From IMG/VR virus record IMGVR_UViG_3300042318_000627, positions 53,751-73,750 of that record: a stretch of DNA of 20,000 nt, one strand, 5' to 3'. This document shows positions 1-8,909 of the stretch, piece by piece. Position numbers and translations under genes: made by a program. The DNA comes from an uncultured virus (IMG/VR IMGVR_UViG_3300042318_000627). Its lineage: Duplodnaviria > Heunggongvirae > Uroviricota > Caudoviricetes. The notes below the pieces were generated by a model. The model worked only from the letters and a program-made list of their open reading frames with translations, searched no databases and was not told where the DNA came from. The stretch's first letter is position 1; each line of letters begins with the position of its first letter.

Positions 1-614
1 GGATCTCCGCACATAAATACTTTACAAAATTCTCCAGTTCTTGTCATCATGGTGATCAATTCTTTCTGTGTGCAATTCTGCAATTCATCTCCCACCACAG
101 CTTTTGCATTCCAGTTTAATCCTCTCAAATATCCAATTGGCAATCCTTCTACTCTGTTTTCTTTTATCAAATATTGAATATCTTCTTTTGGCAGAAGTTC
201 ATCCATTTTGTCTATCAGTGGTCGTTTGAACGGAGATAATTTGTCGTCGGCTTCACCTGGCAATGTTCCCATTTTAACATCCGCACTTTCAACAATACTT
301 CTTACATAAAGTATGTCGCTAACTTTTTTCTCATTCATGAGCATCAATGATGCTAGTACAGACAAATATGTTTTTGTAGAACCTGCTGGACCAGATATGA
401 GCAACAGTTTTACTTTACGATCCATTGCCAACTCAATGAAAGCTTTCTGCTTCGGAGTAAGTTCTCTGTGCAATATGGTTAAATAATGATCTATTTTATT
501 TCTTTGATGAACAACTGGACTTTTATCTTTTGCGGGTTGTTGAGACAAAGATAATGTTTGGCTTGGTGCATTATTTTTCTTTTTGTTGTTGTTCAGTCGT
601 TTTTGTTTTGACAT
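1..614 (-). CDS. phoH: PhoH-family ATPase (3' end runs off the window)
   Basis: Manual translation from ATG at 614 (MSKQKRLNN...) gives PhoH motifs LISGPAGSTKT, VRSIVES, MGTLPG, YLRGLNW, GDELQN, TRTGE and CGD, open to the window edge. Not in the supplied ORF track. Confidence 0.93.
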   Translation of the reverse strand, partial: MSKQKRLNNNKKKNNAPSQTLSLSQQPAKDKSPVVHQRNKIDHYLTILHRELTPKQKAFIELAMDRKVKLLLISGPAGSTKTYLSVLASLMLMNEKKVSDILYVRSIVESADVKMGTLPGEADDKLSPFKRPLIDKMDELLPKEDIQYLIKENRVEGLPIGYLRGLNWNAKAVVGDELQNCTQKELITMMTRTGEFCKVFMCGD

Positions 615-615
615 A

Positions 616-987
616 TTATTTTTTTATTTTTTTGTATGTGAATATAGTACTCAATTTATCCAATTTACTTATAATTTTTTTAATTCTTGCACAAATTTGA
701 AACTGTTGATGGTCCATACTGAACTCAAAGACAGTTTCTAAACTTTCCTTGAAATCTTTTCTTTGCAAGACCACCACAAAACTTGAATTTTTAAAACAGA
801 ATAATTCTATTCCGCCAAGTTTGTTTGATATAGCATACTCTATTGTATTTACAATATTGATATTTATTTCTTTTCTGTTTTCCAGAACATACTTTTCCAT
901 TTCGGAATTATCACAGGGAAGTTCAACAACTTCATATTTTGAATTTAAAACTTTATTAGACTTCTTTTTACGCGGAGTCTTTTTCAT
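616..987 (-). CDS. hypothetical phage protein (123 aa)
   Basis: Open frame abutting the phoH start; ATATTTAT motif 9 nt upstream of the ATG. Confidence 0.8.
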   Translation of the reverse strand: MKKTPRKKKSNKVLNSKYEVVELPCDNSEMEKYVLENRKEININIVNTIEYAISNKLGGIELFCFKNSSFVVVLQRKDFKESLETVFEFSMDHQQFQICARIKKIISKLDKLSTIFTYKKIKK

Positions 988-1345
988 ATACTGAAGATAA
1001 ATATATCTCTAGCCATGCTTTACCCATCATATTCACAAATTTTTCGTTCTGAGAAAGTTTTAGTTCTCCTGTAGAATCTAATATAATATGCACAACTTCG
1101 TGAAAGAATGTTTCTATCATTGTTTCTTCTGTAATGATTAACTTTCGTTCCACCATTTTGCCGTCTTCTTTATATCGTTTTGTTACTTCTCCCAAATCTT
1201 GAATTTGAATCAACTTCAAATCTTCGTCCGCGTTTCCATAACAATCCTCGGTTTCAAACAAATCTTTTTTTATAACAACGGTATATTTGTGTCCAAGTAG
1301 TGTAAATTCTTTCGGAATATTGATTTTTTTAATTGGATTCAGCAC
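968..1345 (-). CDS. putative zincin-type metallopeptidase-like protein (HExxH)
   Basis: ETFFHEVVHIIL motif; GTG start preceded by ATACTTAT. Confidence 0.7.
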   Translation of the reverse strand: MLNPIKKINIPKEFTLLGHKYTVVIKKDLFETEDCYGNADEDLKLIQIQDLGEVTKRYKEDGKMVERKLIITEETMIETFFHEVVHIILDSTGELKLSQNEKFVNMMGKAWLEIYLSSVYEKDSA

Positions 1346-1359
1346 TACATATAAGTATC

Positions 1360-1479
1360 ATGGAAAATAGAAAAGAACCTAATTTAGTTGATAAAGCAAG
1401 AAGTTTAGGAACTGCTGTAACCATTATATACACTTCATCAAAAGTTTATAATAATAAGTATAATCCATTCTGCGCTTAA
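1360..1479 (+). pseudogene. possible truncated gene remnant (MENRKEPNLVDKARSLGTAV...)
   Basis: 39-aa ORF. The first 20 aa read like a natural protein N-terminus; the rest is antisense to the 3' end of the 1424-1879 gene. Confidence 0.3.
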
Positions 1480-1879
1480 CACTGCCAGATTTGTGCTTGA
1501 ATACACTTTTTATAGTAACAAAATCGTCTCCAATTTTTTCTGTATCAAACATAGTTGACAGATATTCATTCACCGCAATATCTTGTGATATGTTTGACCA
1601 TTCTCTGTCATGCTTTGGATTAATTAGCCAATGACCAAACATAACATGACACATTTCATGGCAGATAATAAATACTTTTTTTGTATCATCACATTTCTTC
1701 CAAAAATTTGGATTGGCAACAATTCTAAAATTATTGTTGTGTATTTCTAACTCAACACTTTCAGCATCTTTGTTAAATACCATATGCTCAAATGTTCTCC
1801 ACATACCATCAAACAATGGATTGACGCACAAAAGTTGCATTGACAACCAACCAAAATCTTTCTTGTTCAATTTTTTCAT
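1424..1879 (-). CDS. metallopeptidase-like domain protein (DUF2201 N-terminal-like, no VWA domain)
   Basis: NPNFW...ICHEMCHVMFGH...NISQDIAVNEYL matches the HExxH + NxAxDxxIN pattern of the metallopeptidase domain usually fused to VWA. Confidence 0.7.
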   Translation of the reverse strand: MKKLNKKDFGWLSMQLLCVNPLFDGMWRTFEHMVFNKDAESVELEIHNNNFRIVANPNFWKKCDDTKKVFIICHEMCHVMFGHWLINPKHDREWSNISQDIAVNEYLSTMFDTEKIGDDFVTIKSVFKHKSGSVKRRMDYTYYYKLLMKCI

Positions 1880-1883
1880 AAAT

Positions 1884-1908
1884 AAAAAAGGGGAGCATAT
1901 GCTCCCCT
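1884..1908 (-). terminator. rho-independent terminator
   Basis: Minus strand: GGGGAGC-ATAT-GCTCCCC then TTTTTT, just downstream of the 1914-2117 gene. Confidence 0.85.
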
Positions 1909-1913
1909 ATATT

Positions 1914-2117
1914 TTATCGGCTACGGCGAGCCTTTTTCTTGGGCCTCTCGGTCTTGGTGGCAACATACTTCTCACCAGCAGACTTTCTGCGTGCTGCATT
2001 TACCCACGAGTTGCGCGTCTTGCGACTAGCAAACTCGTATGTTTTACCTTCTGCCAGCAGACTTTTCACCTCTTCCTCGGAGGTTGCCAGCAGGATTTTT
2101 TGCTTTAGTCCAGTCAT
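1914..2117 (-). CDS. small basic hypothetical protein (67 aa)
   Basis: Operon-like spacing with neighbours; followed by a terminator. Confidence 0.75.
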   Translation of the reverse strand: MTGLKQKILLATSEEEVKSLLAEGKTYEFASRKTRNSWVNAARRKSAGEKYVATKTERPKKKARRSR

Positions 2118-2120
2118 AAA

Positions 2121-2315
2121 TTAACGACGATAGTTGAGTTGACGAACATCAAGCTTGCTACCATCTGGATTGCGCTTGATAATACCCGCCCAATACTCAT
2201 ATTCCCTTTGGGCATCTAGCTTGGAGTCATACTCCGAATCGCTTACGCGGATGCCGTTCCGAAAAATGGCATACATTGCTGGTTCAGTTTGATTGTCAAC
2301 TGTGTTATTTTGCAT
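2121..2315 (-). CDS. hypothetical protein (64 aa)
   Basis: Tight operon spacing; A-rich leader. Confidence 0.75.
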   Translation of the reverse strand: MQNNTVDNQTEPAMYAIFRNGIRVSDSEYDSKLDAQREYEYWAGIIKRNPDGSKLDVRQLNYRR

Positions 2316-2327
2316 ACTTTTTGTTTT

Positions 2328-2516
2328 TTAGTCGTTATACTGAGAATAGGCATAACTGTCGAGCATAGACAGTTCGTCTGTAATATCATGAATTGTGGGC
2401 TCAATCATGGCTGGTAGCCCAACCATCTTAACAGGTTGTTCAGTGTCCACAGAAACATTGTTTTTGGGACGACCAACGCCGCGAGTTTGTTTAGTTGTAT
2501 TGGATGTTTTATTCAT
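2328..2516 (-). CDS. hypothetical protein (62 aa, MNKTSN...; AT-hook-like GRPK)
   Basis: Start reassigned to the ATG at 2516, which lies 7 nt after a -10 box. Confidence 0.7.
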   Translation of the reverse strand: MNKTSNTTKQTRGVGRPKNNVSVDTEQPVKMVGLPAMIEPTIHDITDELSMLDSYAYSQYND

Positions 2517-2552
2517 CTTGTATATACTGGCTGCACATTTAATAAAAGTCAA
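2514..2552 (-). promoter_or_regulatory. sigma70-like leaderless promoter (outlying copy of the array cassette)
   Basis: TTGACT-17 bp-CAGTAT-ATACAAG-ATG. Confidence 0.7.
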
Positions 2553-2591
2553 CCACTTTTTTCGTAAATATACTATTTATAATAACCCCTC

Positions 2592-2738
2592 ATGAAAAAT
2601 AGCATATACACATTTTTTGATAGAATGAGGCACGCTGGTATGCATTGTTTGTGCATAATAAAATGTATAAGATTGAGAAGAAATCCTGTGTTTTATATCA
2701 AAGGATTGTGTCGTACATTATTTACTATAAAGTATTAA
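2592..2738 (+). CDS. small hypothetical protein (48 aa, [14 protein letters not shown]...)
   Basis: Fills the gap, is preceded by TATTTATA, and its TAA overlaps the convergent gene's stop (TTAA at 2735-2738). Confidence 0.45.
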   Translation: MKNSIYTFFDRMRHAGMHCLCIIKCIRLRRNPVFYIKGLCRTLFTIKY

Positions 2739-4132
2739 CAAGCGCGAGATGACGTGGCGGCGGTTCCTGTATACTGGGTTGTTATCGCAACTCCGCATGC
2801 AACAGAATACACTTTTCCATTTGGAGTTCCGGACGTGCTACTTGCGTTTCTGGTTACACCATATGGGTCGGTATAATCAAAATTGTAATTACCCTGCTGA
2901 TTACAAGTTGCATCAATCTGACGCGAATCCAATCTTGGGTCCGATGTTGATGAACACGCGGAAGTTCTCAAATTTGTTCCATACACAAGACGAAGTGAAT
3001 TTTGAACAATACAAACTCCGTTAACAGCGGTGGTGTATGGAGTTCCAGTTGAAGAAACAATCGTCGGTCCTCCTCCGGAATTCTCCCACGATGCAGATAC
3101 TCGACCAACCGAATCATAGTCCATCCATATTCGTTGACTTGGAACCGGAGTGGCCGTTGGCGTCGGTGTAGGCGTTGCTGTTGGTGTCGGCGTAGGAGTT
3201 GCCGTTGGTGTGGGAGTCGGCGTTGGGGTTGGTCCGGTTGGTGTTGGCGTTGGTGTTGGCGTTGGACCGGTTGCTGTTGGAGTTGGTGTCGGCGTTGCTG
3301 TTGGCGTTGGTGTTGGTGTCGGAGTGGACGTTGGCGTTGCTGTTGGCGTCGGAGTTGGTGCGGCAACACAATCAACAACATTTTCTGGATCAAATGAAAA
3401 TACATCATTATAACTCACAACTTCCAACAAATCAACACATGGAAATGCTCCAGACCCCGTTAAAGATTGAGTTGTAACTCCGTTGATAATTTCACTGATA
3501 TTATCAGATCCACCCGTACTAAGATTTCTGGTGTGATATTGATAATACCCGGATGCATTAAAAACTTTTAAATTTGTTGAGTATGAACCAGAACGGTATG
3601 AAAATAATTGTGCTTTTTTCAAACCATTTCCAGTTACTTTTGTCACTCTCATACGCACAGTATCCGGTATATTAGTTGTACGCATATATGAAAGAATATA
3701 TGTTCCGGATTGGAAGTTTGATGTGATATTATAAGATTGTCCAGTTGTCAATGTTGCTGCTACTACATTTCCATTAAAAACCACAGGATCGAGTGTTGTT
3801 GCAGCACGATCCCAATCAAGTGTATATGCTGTTTGTGATTGCGAGTCTATTCGCCAAACCAACTTTACTTCATTACCATAGCATTTTGTTGAACCAGTGA
3901 TTTGTATTTCATTGCAAGAAAACGATGCGGACATGTTTGCATCAACTGTTGGTGTTGGTGTTGGCGTTGGTGTTGGTGTTACATCTGAAACATACGGATC
4001 TCCCCAGCCAATATTGCGAGAATCAAATTCTTGTTTTAGATAAGCAAGTCCTTCGTCGGTGCCAATAATTTCTCCAAGTTTTCCAAATACGCTTCCCGAT
4101 GGTGTCCCGTGTGATGCAATTGTGTTAGACAT
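2735..4132 (-). CDS. Pro-Thr-linker virion surface/fibre-like protein (465 aa)
   Basis: True start is probably the ATG at 4132 ([13 protein letters not shown]...), which aligns with the N-terminus of the 4125-5114 protein. Two PT repeat tracts separate beta-rich Ser/Thr/Gly domains. Confidence 0.75.
   Translation of the reverse strand: MSNTIASHGTPSGSVFGKLGEIIGTDEGLAYLKQEFDSRNIGWGDPYVSDVTPTPTPTPTPTVDANMSASFSCNEIQITGSTKCYGNEVKLVWRIDSQSQTAYTLDWDRAATTLDPVVFNGNVVAATLTTGQSYNITSNFQSGTYILSYMRTTNIPDTVRMRVTKVTGNGLKKAQLFSYRSGSYSTNLKVFNASGYYQYHTRNLSTGGSDNISEIINGVTTQSLTGSGAFPCVDLLEVVSYNDVFSFDPENVVDCVAAPTPTPTATPTSTPTPTPTPTATPTPTPTATGPTPTPTPTPTGPTPTPTPTPTATPTPTPTATPTPTPTATPVPSQRIWMDYDSVGRVSASWENSGGGPTIVSSTGTPYTTAVNGVCIVQNSLRLVYGTNLRTSACSSTSDPRLDSRQIDATCNQQGNYNFDYTDPYGVTRNASSTSGTPNGKVYSVACGVAITTQYTGTAATSSRAC
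3150..3365. repeat. degenerate hexanucleotide coding repeat (Pro-Thr/Ala)
   Basis: (GTTGGY/GTCGGN)n on the + strand encodes PTPTPTAT on the minus strand. Shorter tracts at ~3948-3980 and ~4845-4970. Confidence 0.9.
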
Positions 4133-5114
4133 AAATTGTGATATAACCATTGCCGGTTGCCAAACTTTCTTGGTTTCCTGTCTCATATACCCCACCGCCG
4201 CTGCTTCCGCCTCGTATGAAGGAAATTCCCACGTCACCACCTCCCGCACCACCACCACCTTGGCCGGGACCATATGTGTTGGTATTATGATTCTGAGGAC
4301 CGGAAGGACCATCTATTGCAATAAACAATATATCTTGCCACTCACCGTATGACGGCCCGACTGGACCGGCGTTACTAGAGCCACCACCTCCACCGCCACC
4401 ACCCACACCGATTTGTAATTCATCAGACCCATTTAAAATCACCGAAGCTCCACCTCCACCACCCCCGCCAGTTGAAAATGCCTCTCCCATAGCAGCAACT
4501 CCACCACGCCCACCGCTGTAATACCCAGCACCGGGCTCTCCGCCCTCCCATGCAAAATACCCAACACTACCACCCACGTTTCCTGGAATTAATTTATATG
4601 TTCCATCCAAACCGAAACCTCCTGAGAATCGCGACCCTTTTCCTCCAACTCCACCGGAATATGTCGAATCTCCACCAGCGCCCCCCGCAGCGCCGTTGAT
4701 ATCAATATACACGTTAAACGCACCCACCGCCGGAGAAATTGTCCACGTGTTATAACCAGATACAGTCAAAGGTCCATCCACATCCAAGTTCCATGTTGTT
4801 TTTGATCCTATTGCGGGTGATATATTCAACACTCTTTGTCCTGATGTCGGAGTAGGGGTTGGTGTCGGACCTCCTCCAGTTGGAGTTGGTGTCGGCGTAG
4901 CCGTTGGTGTCGGCGTAGCCGTTGGAGTTGGTGTTGATGTCGGAGTTGGCGTAGGCGTCGGAGTTGGTGCAACATTATACGCTCTCCATCCAATATTTGA
5001 AGAATCGCCAGATATTTTCACATATTTTAATCCATCGTTCATTTCTATCAATGATCCTATGGTGCCAAAAACTTGACCATTTGGATTTCCATGCAGTGGT
5101 ATTGTTCTTACCAT
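4125..5114 (-). CDS. Pro-Thr-linker, glycine-rich (polyglycine II-like) adhesin/tail-associated protein (329 aa)
   Basis: Shared ~45-aa N-terminal module, PT linker, and a C-terminal GAAGGAGG...GGGGGGAS...GNGYITI glycine-rich domain. Confidence 0.75.
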   Translation of the reverse strand: MVRTIPLHGNPNGQVFGTIGSLIEMNDGLKYVKISGDSSNIGWRAYNVAPTPTPTPTPTSTPTPTATPTPTATPTPTPTGGGPTPTPTPTSGQRVLNISPAIGSKTTWNLDVDGPLTVSGYNTWTISPAVGAFNVYIDINGAAGGAGGDSTYSGGVGGKGSRFSGGFGLDGTYKLIPGNVGGSVGYFAWEGGEPGAGYYSGGRGGVAAMGEAFSTGGGGGGGASVILNGSDELQIGVGGGGGGGGSSNAGPVGPSYGEWQDILFIAIDGPSGPQNHNTNTYGPGQGGGGAGGGDVGISFIRGGSSGGGVYETGNQESLATGNGYITIYV

Positions 5115-5117
5115 AAA

Positions 5118-6857
5118 TTATATATCTCCTTCATTCACATTCATTATGTTATTAAACTCTGCCACAGTTATGCCAAGTGCATCTGCGATTTCAATTGCTT
5201 TTATATTTTTGTATCCCATTGCCAACAATGCTTCACGCTTTTTTGCTGGTGGCAACAAATGAATCTTTTTATTCAATTTTTCAATTTCTTCTGGTGGCAA
5301 TGATTTGATTTTTTTCACATCACCAAACAGTGTAGAAATAAAATCTTTTTGATTTGCATCTGGCTTGCCGGTGTTGGCATCAACATTACTTGCTTTGGTG
5401 AGTGGAGTTGTTGATCCATTGCCGTAACTTCTTTCCAACCAATCAACTTCATAATCATTCAAGTCGCCAGTTTCTTTATGCATGTTTTTGAAAAAGTTTT
5501 TTACCCAATTCCAATTTTTCACAACTTTTTGTGTATTATTCCAAAAACTCATCAGTTTCTTTCTATACCACAAACGACCAAAAATTGTTCCTTGTATGTT
5601 TCTGAAATTAATACCTTGGTTTCCGGTTCTGCCGCCGTTTTTTAAATATTCATGAAATGCACTTGGTTGCGTCAACAGTTCTCTTAACGCAACTATATTG
5701 TCGGTATTTATGCCATTCTTTTCAAGTCTTCTTTGCAAACTTGCGTCGTTGGCATCTGGGCGGTCCAGTAAATATATATACAAAGTTTCCATTGTATCCA
5801 TGATGTCAGCGTGTATTCCACCCACATTGACTATGCTGCATTTTTGTGTGATAATAAAAGCAACAGCATCTGCATCTGTCCATTCAGAAATTTCTTTTCC
5901 CGACAAACCAACCACAGCGTCAGGATCTTCATTTATCAAATCTTTTAGTTTGATATGACCTTCCAGTGCTGGTACAGCAGCATCTGCTCTAGCAGCATAA
6001 TCAAACCCTTTGGCAGCTTTTTTCAAGTGATCTGCTTTATATGTTGATCCAGCTAATTTTTTCTTTGCTTTTGAATCCAGATGTTGAACCGCCAATAGTT
6101 TTTTTATTTCTTCTGGACTCAATTTTTCTTTGTTTGAATTGCCCACAAGTTCTGAATATGCAAACAAACCTCGCGTGTCCACAAATTCATAAGCAAACTT
6201 TGTTTTATCAAGTTTCATTGCACTCATCAACTTTTCAACAAGTTGGAAATTTTCATTTACAATTTCATCCTTGCTGTTCCAAAAACTGATTGCATTTTTC
6301 TTGATCCAAATTCTACCAGCCGGAACAGTGGCTGAATCGTCCGCGTTTCCTCGAATATTCAATTGACGAAAACGCAGTCTATTGTTGTGTAAATAATTTC
6401 TGATTGTTTCAACATCATCACCTTGTTGCTGCAAACCAACAAAACCCACAGTTGCTGCATCATCACCATCATCTTCTTTTTCTGCGTATGAATATGCAGA
6501 TATATTACCAAACACATCACGCTTGATTTTATACATGTTTTTGAACGTGGCGGCATATAAGGTGGCTTTATGTGAAGCTGTTTGCAACATTTCTTCCATG
6601 CTGCCATGGGTGTTTTTTTCAGAATACATTATTACACCAGTTTCAACATCAAAGAAAAAAGCATAAGCATCATTAGATAAATATTTGAATGTTGCACCAG
6701 TTTTTGGCACAGCTGCACCAAGACTGTTTAGTCTTTCTGCATCAGATTTTTTTGTTTTATCATTTGAATTTCCCGACAAATCAATTCTGTCAGGAGATTC
6801 ATCCAATATACTTTCCAACAAAAATTCTATATCAAATGGCAATCTGGGCTTGTTCAT
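5118..6857 (-). CDS. 579-aa protein with internal two-fold duplication, possible head/internal protein
   Basis: Repeated motifs ESPD/EDPD, DAYAF/DAVAF, GRIW..ISFWN/GRLW..MSFWN and LSPEEIKKL..HL/LPPEEIEKL..HL. Confidence 0.8.
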   Translation of the reverse strand: MNKPRLPFDIEFLLESILDESPDRIDLSGNSNDKTKKSDAERLNSLGAAVPKTGATFKYLSNDAYAFFFDVETGVIMYSEKNTHGSMEEMLQTASHKATLYAATFKNMYKIKRDVFGNISAYSYAEKEDDGDDAATVGFVGLQQQGDDVETIRNYLHNNRLRFRQLNIRGNADDSATVPAGRIWIKKNAISFWNSKDEIVNENFQLVEKLMSAMKLDKTKFAYEFVDTRGLFAYSELVGNSNKEKLSPEEIKKLLAVQHLDSKAKKKLAGSTYKADHLKKAAKGFDYAARADAAVPALEGHIKLKDLINEDPDAVVGLSGKEISEWTDADAVAFIITQKCSIVNVGGIHADIMDTMETLYIYLLDRPDANDASLQRRLEKNGINTDNIVALRELLTQPSAFHEYLKNGGRTGNQGINFRNIQGTIFGRLWYRKKLMSFWNNTQKVVKNWNWVKNFFKNMHKETGDLNDYEVDWLERSYGNGSTTPLTKASNVDANTGKPDANQKDFISTLFGDVKKIKSLPPEEIEKLNKKIHLLPPAKKREALLAMGYKNIKAIEIADALGITVAEFNNIMNVNEGDI

Positions 6858-6893
6858 ATATTTTATAAATATAAATATACGAAACTACTGACA

Positions 6894-7088
6894 TTATAGC
6901 GGTTTTGGTGGTGTTACTCTACCCAGTGGCTTGGTCAAAACTGTTTCATAACCCATACGAGCATTGGTCTTGTCAACAATACCCTGTTTCACAATCTCAG
7001 CAGCAGCTGCATTATAGTTTGGTGCAGAAGTGACATCTTTGGTCATGTCTTTTACAATTTTTCCAATTTCGGAGATATTTGGTTTCAT
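6894..7088 (-). CDS. hypothetical protein (64 aa, MKPNISEIG...)
   Basis: Start reassigned to 7088, preceded by ATACTTAT; the upstream extension in the ORF track overlaps a + strand gene. Confidence 0.7.
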   Translation of the reverse strand: MKPNISEIGKIVKDMTKDVTSAPNYNAAAAEIVKQGIVDKTNARMGYETVLTKPLGRVTPPKPL

Positions 7089-7159
7089 ATATATCAATAA
7101 GTATATGCTCAAGACATTTATGTTGATATATACAAAAACTATATAACAAAAAATCAATC

Positions 7160-7187
7160 TTGACTTATTATGAAACATGTTCATGAT
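7160..7187 (+). promoter_or_regulatory. putative sigma70-like promoter for the two + strand genes
   Basis: TTGACT-16 bp-CATGAT, with the same C-initial -10 style as the array cassette. Confidence 0.5.
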
Positions 7188-7209
7188 ATATGCCACAACT
7201 AAAAAAGAT

Positions 7210-7551
7210 ATGCTATTTAATTTAGAAACAATCAAACGTAGACTTGATATGCTAAAATTGCCGCCAACGACAGGGCAAATTATATTAAACAAGTGGCATG
7301 CTAGAAAATTTAAAAAGAAATTCAAAATTTCATATCAAGCGTGGATAAATGATGACGCAAGTATTATATCCGAGGATGAAGTAGTCGAATGGGAAGCATC
7401 CTTTGGATGGAACGATGAATGTTTCGAAGAACTATTTTGTCATATAAAATATGCTAAATGGCGGGGAAATAGATGGAAATTTACATATAGACCAGAAACC
7501 AAAGAATTTCGAAAAGAAATGTTCCAGCGTTGGAGAAATGCCACATATTAA
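7210..7551 (+). CDS. hypothetical protein (113 aa, Trp-rich)
   Basis: Open frame; start chosen downstream of the putative promoter. Confidence 0.65.
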   Translation: MLFNLETIKRRLDMLKLPPTTGQIILNKWHARKFKKKFKISYQAWINDDASIISEDEVVEWEASFGWNDECFEELFCHIKYAKWRGNRWKFTYRPETKEFRKEMFQRWRNATY

Positions 7552-7566
7552 AATACACAATATATT

Positions 7567-7863
7567 ATGCCAATAAACATGGATATAATCGAAAATAGGC
7601 TATATCAGCTTAGATATGAAGAGTATATGTCAAAGCCTAAAAAGAAAACCAAACCTGAAGTATATACTCAATCTCGGATACAAGAAGAAATATTCTTTAA
7701 TGACGCATTGTATTTTGATATACACAGAGAACACTCACACGAGTTTTCTGATCTTATGAGAAATGGTTGGCCAGAAAATCTGTCAAAGGAAAATTTAAAA
7801 TTACAAAAAATCTATATAAGAAGAAGAGTATATGATATGGGTAGATATGTTATCAAGAACTAA
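7567..7863 (+). CDS. hypothetical protein (98 aa)
   Basis: Open frame 15 nt after the previous gene. Confidence 0.65.
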   Translation: MPINMDIIENRLYQLRYEEYMSKPKKKTKPEVYTQSRIQEEIFFNDALYFDIHREHSHEFSDLMRNGWPENLSKENLKLQKIYIRRRVYDMGRYVIKN

Positions 7864-8200
7864 CATATAGAATATCATATATACAAAAATCCTATAAACA
7901 AAAATTAGAAAAATTCTAAATTCAAAAAATAGGGTATAATATCATAAAAGTGTGTATAGGATATATGAAATTTTAACTATATGAAAAATACATGCACAAC
8001 ATATGCTTTTCGTATATACGAAAAGTGTATAAGAAAAATTGACCTCGAATAGAGAATGAATATGGACCCCCGTGGGGGGTGGGGGTTTACCCCACCTAGA
8101 AGGCACCAAACACCCCACCTAGAGGGGGGAGGGGTGGGGGGTTAAAGCCACCGTCCCCCCATCCCCCCGTGCGGGGGTGGCGTGATCCACGCCACCCTCT
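7864..8200. other. non-coding structured DNA element (AT-rich tract, 20-bp palindrome, G/C-tract hairpins)
   Basis: Palindrome CTTTTCGTATATACGAAAAG at 8006-8025; direct repeat ACCCCACCTAGA at 8089-8100 and 8112-8123; hairpin GGGTGGCGTG-ATC-CACGCCACCC at 8175-8197; several G5-G6 and C5-C6 runs. Confidence 0.75.
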
Positions 8201-8202
8201 CG

Positions 8203-8475
8203 TCAGACCGTCGGCTCTTGCCAGTAAACCTTGCTGAAGGTCGTGCCCCAAGTGTCGGGACGAACGGCGATGGCCTTGAAGACCAAGGAGTTGTCGTGGC
8301 TCGGGTCAAAGACCTGATAGCCATATACCGGCCCCTTGTTCATGTCGCTGTCGCGCAGTATGTTGACGGCATAGCCCACCCGCTTGGCCTCCTTGACCAG
8401 ATTCTTGATGAAGCTGGTGGAGCAGACGCGGGTGAAGGTTGACCGAACAGGAGCAGTGTTGATGGTGGAGTTCAT
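8203..8475 (-). CDS. early-type hypothetical protein (90 aa), GC-rich codons
   Basis: ATG at +1 of the cassette copy at 8473-8510. Confidence 0.85.
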   Translation of the reverse strand: MNSTINTAPVRSTFTRVCSTSFIKNLVKEAKRVGYAVNILRDSDMNKGPVYGYQVFDPSHDNSLVFKAIAVRPDTWGTTFSKVYWQEPTV

Positions 8476-8521
8476 GTTCTAAACAATGACGATTATTTAT
8501 AAAAAGTAAAGCACAAAGCAC

Positions 8522-8546
8522 AAAAAAGGGGCTTTTTATTGCCCCC
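8522..8546 (-). terminator. rho-independent terminator
   Basis: Minus strand: GGGGC-AATAAAAA-GCCCC-TTTTTT. Confidence 0.7.
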
Positions 8547-8554
8547 TGTTTTAT

Positions 8555-8878
8555 TTAAATGATGCCCGCAACAAGCATCCAACTTGGACTACCTTCGCTG
8601 TCATAGCCGTCTGGCTCAACTACCTGACCAAGCATTGACTTGGCAACACCATCGTCGCTCCACTTTTCCATGGTCTTGAGCGAAGGAGCCTTGAACTTAG
8701 TGAAGTAGCGTGGCAGACTAGAGCAACGCAGCTTCACTGTCACAGGAACGCCGCCAGCACTGCCACCAGCCAGTGCGCAAACAGTGCCACCATCCTTGAA
8801 GATTACATTTAATTTTGTGCCAACAGGAATAACCAGACCGTTCTTGAACTTGATTTCTTTGTTATTAACGAGGTTCAT
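8555..8878 (-). CDS. hypothetical phage protein (107 aa; C-terminal VEPDG...PSW motif)
   Basis: Cassette-led ATG; the C-terminal motif resembles a recurrent small phage family (recalled, not searched). Confidence 0.85.
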   Translation of the reverse strand: MNLVNNKEIKFKNGLVIPVGTKLNVIFKDGGTVCALAGGSAGGVPVTVKLRCSSLPRYFTKFKAPSLKTMEKWSDDGVAKSMLGQVVEPDGYDSEGSPSWMLVAGII

Positions 8879-8909
8879 GTTATAGATAGTGTCTTACTTT
8901 TTATAAATG

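Noticed and set aside
2968..3477. Overlapping ORFs rich in VG, QR, NA or WC
   Set aside because: Alternative-frame shadows of the Pro-Thr repeat.
4133..4312. N-terminal 60 aa of the 525-aa ORF
   Set aside because: Overlaps the upstream glycine-rich gene; paralogy points to the ATG at 4132.
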